Positions 49,728 through 64,000 of a stretch of 64,000 nucleotides of DNA are shown here, piece after piece. Made by a program: the position numbers and the translations under genes. The notes beneath the pieces were generated by a model that was not told where the DNA came from, did no database searches, and saw only the letters and a program-made list of their open reading frames with translations. How positions within the stretch are numbered: position 1 is the first letter of the stretch; each line of letters starts with the position of its first letter. Origin of the DNA: Ascidiella aspersa (Eukaryota); assembly GCA_963924565.1 (NCBI GenBank), contig OZ004608.1, positions 9,858,001 through 9,922,000 on the forward strand, written 5' to 3'.

Positions 49728-51060
49728 TTGTACATAGGATAGGTGTTAGTATGTATAAATTGTAGAGATTAAATAACAGAATGTTAGTTAAAGAATTCTA
49801 ATTGGTTAAAACGCTTTAGAGTTCTAGATAGACATTTAGGATCTTTTCTCTATTTTCCGTAAAATAATTTCAAGTAGGATACATTATGAAGGGGCTCGCT
49901 TTGAAGTTATAGAAAGCCAACGTTCTTTAAATAACATAATCCTCATATGTTAGAACATATTTAAGGGTCATATTAGACTTACTTAAAAAAAACATAGAGG
50001 ACACAAAAAACATTAACGTTCACATCCTAATTGGAAACAAAATTGGCCAAAGAAGCCAAAAGGTAAACCTCTGCCTCAATCATCACACATTCTCCAGTTT
50101 TTCTCCTTATGCAGTAAAAATGCAAGTCCACTTCCATTCCAATTTTTTATTCCCATAACAAGGTCGCTGAACTACGTTGTCCAAAAAAAGCGATTTCCAT
50201 AAACTCTTGCGTGTATTAGAATAGAAAGTAAAAGGCATCAAAGGGGACAACTATGCCGAACGCTGTTTGTTAATTTAAGTCGGGGCCGTGGTAAAATTGC
50301 ACTTGCGTTCTCTACACTACACTTTGATGGTGCGACAACACGCATAAGAAACGATTGGCATTTCTATAGATAAACCATCAGGTTGCTCATAATTACTTGT
50401 AAAAAAGGCTTGCAATGCGCGCCGACGCCCGGCCCGAAATTTACAATAAATATTTTCGGGGGCGTTTGGCAACAACGAGAGGCAGCGTCAACCGATTTCT
50501 TAGAACCGCAAAAAAACGGGGGCCAAGAAATTTTGGTCGCACACCCTACGAACAACAACCAACCTGTAACGCCTCGGTATAAATCTATGTACAAGAGAAA
50601 CGAACGGTGCCGACCAAATTTTGACACGGGGAGATCGTATTAGAGAATTTGTGGGCGGGTGCACGCTACTACGCGCACACAAAATCACACAAGGTTTAAA
50701 GGCGACGCGAAACGTGGACAAGGTAATAAAAAACACCGCTTTAGTTATTTTACGCAAACGCAGCAACGACACGACAGACAAGGGTGACACTGACCCCCGA
50801 GAGAGAGGGGGCAGTACCTCATCCTTTAACAGGCGCGCGTGCGCGTAAACACACACACACTCGCTGCCGGCCGCTAACACAATAAATTTTGTCGGCAAAT
50901 CCGAATCAAAGGATAAAAAAACGACGACGGTTCGCCTAGTGCTGATATCAATGTTGTTGTTTTTTGGTGATTTCGCCTGCGCCGCAAAAAAGCAGCAGCA
51001 AGCAAAAAATTCCAGCACAGAGGACTGCATCGAAGGAAAGGAGAGAGGCGGGACTCCGTA

Positions 51061-55954
<4,894 letters not shown>

Positions 55955-56157
55955 CTTTGCGTGTCTGTTTCGTTTCCAAGTCCGTCAACAACAAAAATTA
56001 TTTACTGTTCTGGGGGGCTTACTCCAGTTTGGGGAGGAAGCGACGATATAAAGTGACGTTTTAACTACTGCAAATGCGCTTAAACTGCCAGCGTGTAAGT
56101 AACGTCTAAAAAGAAATTGAACTCGTTCTTTTGCTGAAAACCAGGCAGCGTAGCGAA

Positions 56158-56200
56158 CCACGTGACCTACACATACACGTCGACGGCTACGTCACGTCGC
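56158..56200. promoter_or_regulatory. ACGT-core (UPRE/CRE-like) cluster upstream of SEC61A
   Basis: CCACGTGAC, CACGTCG and TACGTCACGTCG give four ACGT cores in ~40 bp, ~200 nt upstream of the ATG. Confidence 0.55.
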
Positions 56201-56770
56201 GCTTGAGTAGTTGGCGACCGGCGAATTGTCGTGATTCGCCGATGCGTGATGAAAAATAGGTCAATTTATTTATCTACTTTAGGGTTTTTGAAATTTTTTT
56301 AAACAAAAACTTGAAAAATGTTTTACATAACACGAAATTTTGACTTGTTTGAGTTTTAAAACGTAAAAAAAAGAACATAATTTTACGGTATGTTTACGAT
56401 TTGAAATTTTGCACACTTAAAAGTAGTTTAAACTTATCCTTTATTTACGGCAAATACTGTAATCAAGGTAAAATGTTATTACATGTAGAGAAATAACAAC
56501 TTAATTTTTAAACACAAAACCCCAAATATAAAAAATAAATTAAGATTTCGTAAAGATTGCTAAGTATACGAAATCAAACAAATTTTTTCCATAGTTGGGA
56601 TATAATTTTTAACATTTTATTTGACTTTATTTGAGGAAAACTTTAAATCAGATTTATCACAAATTATTACTGCAAACGAAATTCTTCAAAATCATGAATC
56701 AAAAGGTGACTATTCTTAGTTGTGCGTAGATCAGTGTATTATTACTACGATTCAGCAACGTTTTAAACAA

Positions 56771-56890
56771 GTCAGGATGGCCGAGTGGTCTAAGGCGCCA
56801 GACTCAAGAGCGATTGTTCTTCGCCGCGTTGCGGTGATTGGGTGTTCTGGTCTCCGAATGGAGGCGTGGGTTCGAATCCCACTTCTGACA
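56771..56890 (+). tRNA. trnL-CAA: tRNA-Leu(CAA) with 36-nt intron (56809-56844)
   Basis: GTCAGGATGGCCGAGTGGTCTAAGGCGCCAGACTCAAG-[intron]-TTCTGGTCTCCGAATGGAGGCGTGGGTTCGAATCCCACTTCTGACA. Intact A and B boxes, long variable arm, and a Pol III T-run terminator at 56895-56899. Confidence 0.97.
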
Positions 56891-59800
56891 CATCTTTTTC
56901 TTTTCATTTATTTTAATGTAATTTTCCAAATGCTGAAATAATGAAACACGCCAACATTATTTAAAACTTGAATATTTATATTTAAACATAAATTGAAGTT
57001 AGAATTGAAATAACTATATTACAATCATTATTCTTAAATCTGTTTTTAGTTTTACGCATTTTGTCCATATTAACCAGATATTCAAAATGTACTAGTACAA
57101 TAGACACCAATTTAACGATTTTGTCCTAAGCAAGTCCCGATTATGGGGCAGGTGCAAACCCGAGAATGTTTTAATGCGATTTGTATGTACACCTGATTAG
57201 TTAATTGCACACCTAGATTTCAAAAAAGAGTTGTGGTAGGATGGATTCCGAACCCAGATGTGTAACTTGATCGCAACAAAAATGTTAGGCTGTTGTTGTT
57301 AGTAAAAGTTTTTAGGAAACAACTAGTTAAAATAGGCAAAGTAACTCATCTGATGTATTACATTGAGCTGTCAATAATGATCAGTTACCGAGAGAACTAA
57401 GCAAAATTATAAACAAATATTTTTTATTATATTGATTTGCTAGTCTAGTGAGTTATTATAACTTATCATTTTTATTTTAACCTACAAAAAAAACTTTTTA
57501 ACTTTATTTTTATCAAATTTTAACTTTAATTTAACCTAACGAAATTGCCTGTTTGTAGAGGCCACGGTTTTTCCTTGAATTAATGCCAGTTACCCAAACA
57601 TAATATTTTGTCGATTTCAGACACAAACGTAATATTTTGTCGCAAAGTCAAGTTGTTTTATGGATTATAAAAAGTGCATCGGTTTTTTTGGCGATAGATT
57701 TAGCTTGCTTAGGCATTTTTGTATTACAGAATGTCAGTAGGCTATTTCTAAAATCCAAATTGTTGATCTTCGAAAATACCACGTTTATGAAGATGAAGTA
57801 TTTTATAAGAATTATTGAAATACGTAACAATAAATAAAAAAATTGACAATTTGCGATAAAAGTTACCTCTGATCCGAGTGGGCATTGTGACATTTGCCTG
57901 CTTTTATGGGTTGATATGGTTTAATTGTGTCGCAGTTCCTGACTAACAATGCTTCCACGACGATTTTTACAAAAATTACTCTCAAGAAACACAAAAACTT
58001 TGTCAAAAGCCGTAATTTGACAAATTTTGACTTTATTAAAAAATTTTAACTTCATTAACTTTATTTTGATCAATCAACTTCTTAGAAACAGCCCCCTAGG
58101 TGCTGAAAACAACTTTTTTATTTGATTCGTGGACAGACGAGATCCTTAAAATTTTTTAATTTTATTGACTTTTGCGGGCCCTACTTATCAGTCAATCAAC
58201 TGTAACCTACTGTATTTAGTGTTTGTCCACAAACAGCCTTCACACTTGGTATAATGATTAGTTATGTTGCATTTGACAACAAATCAAAATGTTTTATGAG
58301 AAATGCGATTACGACGTACTGCAATTAAAGGCAAGCGAATGTAGATACAACACACGGTGACATTATATTACGCACGTATTGCACAGAACACAGTTGTGGC
58401 CCATTATCGACAACTTTTGTGATGGAAATGTGGTGAAATCGATTAAAACCATGGGTTGAAGGAACAAAAAATCTATACCACAACAATCGATTGGTAATTT
58501 TTAAAGATTTTTTTTTTTCAACATTTTTTTAAAAACGCACGTATACTATCAGCTAACGAAATAGCCACGTTAAAATGGTAATCTACTAATTACCACAGTC
58601 ATAAAGTAAGTTTACTTTCATAAGAATGGGTTTGTCATCAAAGGAGATTTGTGGGCGGTGTTTAAATTTTGTTTTAAATTACCGGATAACAATACATATG
58701 TCCTGAGGCATGCCACTGCGGTATAATTGCATGCCCGGCGGTCATCTCACAAATCGTAGAATGGTTTCAATAATTGCGTGACAAAATAACTAATAATTAT
58801 AAACACAATGGCAACAAACAAAGCCTTGTCACACTGGCCGGCCATGCAAAAGAATAGGCAAGGAGAGAAGGAGCCATTTATTTAAAACACGTCTCCCCAG
58901 GAGATGTGTCAGTAAAATCACTGTGAAGAGTACTTTACACTTGCAGAGCAATCTCGAAACACATATTGACCACAACTTGACACAAGTAGCTAACAGCTCT
59001 TTGTCAGGATTTCGCAAATAAGTTTCTATACAACCAACGATAAAAAAACATTCACATTGGAAATACCCAACTCTTTTAACAGCAGGGTTAAGATTAACTG
59101 CCAATTATTATTTTTAATTAAAAAAAAAAATTTTTTAAATTAAAAAAATTACACTCTAACAGCATATTGAGCGATGCCTAATATTGAATATTAGACAACC
59201 TGCCAAGCGACGGCTTATCAATCTAGCCAACAGTGCTTCGACGGAAATACAAGTTATGACGCCAACACTGATAGAAAGGAGTTGGGGAAAGGCTGACGCC
59301 GAATTATTTGGCAACACTGAATTTGCACAGCACGAAAACCAACAAGAAATAGTCAGACCGGTTAAAGAATCACCGAGGTTTGGTGAATGGCCGTCTTCAA
59401 AGTGAACAAACCCTTTGGCCGAGTTCTACGAGAATATTGACCTTAAAAAACAAACAAAAACGGGGACTTTGCTAATATTAACAAACGCATTAAAAACAGT
59501 TAAAAAATAGAGTTCGCTGTTTTAAAAATAGAGTTTAATCGACTGACGACAAAGATTGACGCCTGGATTTTCGGGTGTGGCTCTTCGCAGCACCGCGAAT
59601 AAAATATCTGTCAATTGCATAACGATTTTGCAGCTCGTGGTAGGTTACTAAGCAAACACTAAAAGCAGTTTACAGAAGCTACTCTACGGAAGTATTGATA
59701 TTCACTTGTCGGGATAATAGTTTGTAGGGCAGACACAAGAGTTATAAACAAAAGATGGGATGATTTTGAGTTTCCACAGCAGCCCAGTTATGATATATAT

Positions 59801-60135
59801 ATTGAACGACTGTGTTTTGACAATACATTGTTTTGATTGTGGAAGACGAGATTTTTTGTCAGGACGAGAAAATTAAAGAATCATCACAAAGGTTTAGTAA
59901 AATCTGACAGCCTTGAGTAAAATCTTTAACATTTTGCGTAAAATATTTAGGCATTTCGTTAACAGCTTTACATAACTCAGAAACTCGCAAATTTTCCTTG
60001 CCTTTGATATCAAATCGACTCCAGTCCCAGTTTGGCAACATGATCCGAAAGTTCCACAGTTCAAACAAAAGACGCAGCAACTCGTCGAACAGAAGTGAGC
60101 CGAAAAAACGTCTAAGCGGCGGGATTCGAACCCGG

Positions 60136-63100
60136 TCAGCTTGCCACCAGCAGTTCGTCGAAGCAGCGTTCGCAGACGCGCACAGGGTTCTTGGACGAGG
60201 CGACGGTGGCTGATCGCGCAGAGCAGTCTGAACAGAAGATGTCGCCACAGTGCCGGCAGTGATGACGTCGAACCGTCATGGTGAAGGCGCGGGAGCAAGC
60301 CTTGCACTGATTGGCTGTGCGATCGTCGGTCCACTGGCGCGAGATCGTAGTGGTGTGCTTGACCTGGGAGTGAACAGGTTTTAAATAAAGTCGCGCGTTA
60401 GCTGGGAAAGTGGTACCTCCTAATTTTTGAATAATTTGAGAATGTATTAATGACTTAAGTAAAAAAGTTGACTTTTACAATTATTTTAATTTTCGTAAAA
60501 ATTGGTTAGTTATCCTGATCTATAGACGTAAAATATTTGCTTGCTATTGCTATGACAATAACTTTGACTTGACTAGTGTTATATTAAAAATGACCTAACC
60601 CGGACTTTTAGTTTGCAAGTTTATTGACCGGGACTTACAGTCATTTTGAAATGACTTCAAAACACTGATAAATGTCAAGAAAAGCCGCCTAAAACAAAAC
60701 TACTCAAAACGAAGATCTATGGCATCTAAAAAACGCTTCCGATTCCCCCTGAACAGCAAAAGTAACGTCACCTGTAGAGCCTGGTTCTCGCGTCCCAGCT
60801 CATGCATAGCCGAGTGTGCGTCCTCCAACTTTCGCTGTAGCTCACCCAGCTTGGTTCTGTGTTGCTCAACCTGCTGCTCCGAGTTGAGGCAGCGCTCCAG
60901 TAAGGCGCGACGCTCGTCCGCGTTGCTCTGCACAGTCGCCTACACACATAAAGTAATGGGGTGTTATATGGGAATGCTGATAGCACTGTTCTGTTAACTA
61001 TCGGATGCCCGGTATTATCGAACCGAAATCAGGACTCCAAGTTATAGTATCGGCGCTCGTCCGATACCAAGTTAATCTGTAAATCTCAGCGATGGTTTTT
61101 ATTTCTCGCAGCAAAATAGTTAAATAATATTTTCTAAGTAGCAAATAGTTAATAATATGAACCATCAAAGAAAATAGGCTTTCCAAAGCTTCAGCAAATT
61201 TTGGCGTAAAACCAAAAAACACTGCATTCTCACGACTAATTTGTTTTAACTTTCTCATTGGATATTTGTCAAACAATGACTGGCCAGTGAACGGCAACCG
61301 AAGCAACTTTCTGATCCCAAAAAAATATTGGCTATGAACCGCCCCGCCTGTAGACAAGGTGTGTGTGTGGAAAGAGGGGTAGATGCAGTAAAGAGTAAAC
61401 CAACGCACGATATCCAAACATGGCTTTTTGGAGATTATTGTTGCGATTTAAAATAGTGGCACTAGATAAAAACATTTAAATATGTTGGTCATTGCCATCC
61501 CGACGGAAGTCACACAACAAGAGATTTGCTTCCGACATGGGTAGCATTGTCTATGGAGAACAGCACAGAACGCTATTCACACACCAGGACAGATTTCTAC
61601 ATTTAGGATACACGCCACAACTTTAAAAACATTTAAATATGCTCTTCTTGTCATATTCGCTTTCTATTTTTTAAATATTCGTAAAGTTATTTTCCCCTTG
61701 TTATTGACAAAACTAGGAGAGTATTTTCACTGTATACTGTTGGTCTGAATAACCCTCAAACAGTTCGTAAAGCCCGTGGAAACTAGCGAACTCTGGCTAA
61801 GAGTCTCTGGACTGAATTCTAGTGCAAAAGAAGATTCTTCATAGCTTTCCTAATATTATCAAGCACGGTAATTCGAGCTAGCAATAGTAAGTAAATTATA
61901 ACTCTAAATAAGATTGGTTAGGGCGAAAAAAATGACCTAAGAAACACAAACTTAGTTCGTAAACAACTAAACATACTTCAGAAATTTTTTGCAGAACGCG
62001 ATAAATCATATAATTTCGAGTCTATTTTTATTATAATTTTGTGTCTACGCACGTAAATAGATTTTCACTTAATGTGCAACGTTCGTTTATACATTTAACA
62101 ATCCATTTTTCCGCATACTACATCGGGACAAACAGCCAAGCTCATACCTCAAGCTGCATGATCTTTCCCTTTAGGTCGGCCTTCTCCTGCTGAACAGCAT
62201 CGAGCCGTTGCGTGCTGGTCGCCCACTCTGAACGAACGCTACCAAGGTTGGTTGAGAGCGCCTTGATCTCAAGCTGAAGTCGCGATTCGCTAACGACTCG
62301 CTCCGCGTCCTGCTTCTCCATTTCTCGCTTGGTCGTCTCCTGGAGGTTGAATACGAAAATATTTTGTTTTTTACATAAGTTCGTATCGCGAGATTTACTG
62401 CTTGTTAGATAGGGCAGTTTTAATTGGCATGGTTAACTTCTTGCTGTTTTTACAGAGAAAACAACCTCTTGGTATTTCGTTAATCACCGGTTCATTATTT
62501 AAAAAGTAGCATAAAAAAGTATATCGATTACTACATAACCGTACAAATTTCAGTTAATCTTTTCTCCAAAAGGTTTATATTCATTTCCAAAATATTTGCT
62601 TTCAATAACGCAGGACACCAAAATATAAAAAAAAAATTAAAAAAGTAAGATCACAACAAAATCCTAGTCTTTTTTATTTTTAGTACTTTTTTAGCCAAAC
62701 TTTTAAATATTACTCGTGTTGGCAATGAACTCTGGGGTGCCGACTAGTTAATGATTATCTGCCCAAATTATAAGGTACGGCAGTGGTTCCAACACTTCTA
62801 AAAATAATTTGCATGACGAACCCCTGGCTATTTATTTAGTTATTCGCGAGTCGATACTGTAATAATAATATAAATAGCCACAAAATCGCCACAAAAATAC
62901 CATGCAAAATGAACAAAACAAAAATCTTTCGCGGACTCCTAAACAACTTAATTAACTTCACTTTTTGGAAATCACTAAGGTAAGGAATCCCCAGATGAAT
63001 TTTTTTAATGTATTAAAAAAACTTGTTTGAAATTGAACTACACGACAACCAAAAAAAATATACTCCTGACTTTACAGAAAAAAATACCTTACAAGTAACG

Positions 63101-63462
63101 TCACTAGCCAATAGAGGTGGGAATAGAAATGTTACAGTTAGTCGCCAAAAGAATAAATCTACTTTAAAAAGAAATAATCGCCAAAAGATTAAATTTACTA
63201 ATTTAAAAAAATAGTACAAAGCTCATATTTATAATAAAGTTTTCCAAAGTAAGCACGAACCAGTTGTGACGTCAAGTCAGCAAGTCGCTCTTCCTTTTCC
63301 TTCACAGCCGTCTGAAAGCGCTGCTGGGCCTCCTCGTGACGTAGCTGGTCACGTGACACCTTGGCTTCCAGCTCGTCAAACTTGGTCTGCAGCTCCACCT
63401 TGTGGCTGTTGAGGATCTCCTCGGCAACGTTCATGGCGTTGATGCGACCTTCTAGGCGGGAT
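60136..63462 (-). CDS. EEA1: Early endosome antigen 1, last four exons (gene continues beyond the window)
   Basis: Exons 63462-63261, 62339-62148, 60939-60772 and 60363-60136. ATVQSNADERRALLERCL...ELQRKLEDAHSAMHELGRENQALQ|VKHTTTISRQWTDD and the FYVE finger (WxxD, RRHHCRHCG, RVC) match the EEA1 C-terminus. Confidence 0.94.
62781..62976. mobile_element. Degenerate hAT-like MITE in an EEA1 intron
   Basis: Termini CAGTGGTTCCAACAC ... TTTTGGAAATCACTA resemble the other CAGTGGTT elements. Confidence 0.4.
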
Positions 63463-64000
63463 CTGTCGCACAACGCACATGTTATTTGGTGTACAACAAA
63501 CAGGGGCGCTGCCATTTTCCAAAAAAGTAAGACGAATTGTAAAATTGTATCTAATGTTTATTTTTCTGTGTCTGGACTTGCGCATTGTAGTGTTCTAAGT
63601 CGAATTAATTCAATTTGGCAGTTGATGTGTTATTTCTGGTCAACAGACTTGACATTTGACACTTGCGTTGTTTGTGTTACCTTATTAATGTGGTAGGAGC
63701 TTCACCTTCTTAGAATCGTTTCTTCAGCATATTTATACGGGTTATATAACAACAGTGCACTGTGCTTGTTTATACCAGTTTAAATAAATTGTAAACAAAC
63801 TAAATAATAATTTTGTGCTATAAAAAATGTGACACTAAGTTAGCTAACTGGTTAGACTTCGATGAAAAAAATTGATTTAGGTTAAATTCAATAGCGATGT
63901 TTGCTGTAAACTCACAAATGCGATGTTAGCTGAAGTATTCCGGACGCATTGCCCCAGTTTAAAATGTCATAATTGGTTGATAATGAAGTTGTTTTGGGAT

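Noticed and set aside
50500-51030. 176-aa ORF directly after the SEC61A stop
   Set aside because: Lies in the probable 3'UTR with low-information composition and no recognisable domain.
57243-57258. B-box-like TGGGTTCGGAATCC on the - strand near the tRNA
   Set aside because: Imperfect, and no cloverleaf or A box could be built around it.
59859-60334. 129-aa and 146-aa ORFs over the last EEA1 exon
   Set aside because: Wrong frames. The FYVE-encoding frame is 60363-60136.

Overview
This is eukaryotic animal DNA with GT-AG introns. The compact genes, chordate-like proteins and mosaic CpG pattern suggest an invertebrate chordate, probably an ascidian (inference). Six protein-coding genes were assembled by hand. 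(1) A 3-exon DUSP6/7/9 (MKP3-type) MAPK phosphatase (-, 5612-12340) within about 28 kb of CpG-rich non-coding DNA. (2) A 12-exon POC1 (-, 27926-34574). (3) A BNIP2/caytaxin/PRUNE2-type BCH protein with an intronless CDS (+, 35330-36421), head-to-head with POC1. (4) A 15-exon gene (-, 37967-46958) with an unusual architecture: RS/Pro-rich region, matrin-3-type zinc finger, SUMO-site cluster, SAP domain and a C-terminal domain resembling LINE ORF1p. (5) An 11-exon SEC61A (-, 51061-55954). (6) The last four exons of EEA1 (-, 60136-63462, partial). There is also an intron-containing tRNA-Leu(CAA) (56771-56890) and many hAT and Tc1/mariner MITEs, including a nested stack in one intron. Main points of interest: the chimeric ZnF-SAP gene with a possibly domesticated retrotransposon domain; DUSP-POC1 microsynteny shared with vertebrates; an apparent excess of Su(H) sites around DUSP; a 45-bp duplication of a SEC61A acceptor whose single mismatch removes a poison splice site; and a degenerate Penelope-type hammerhead motif. 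Most ORFs in the supplied track are spurious.
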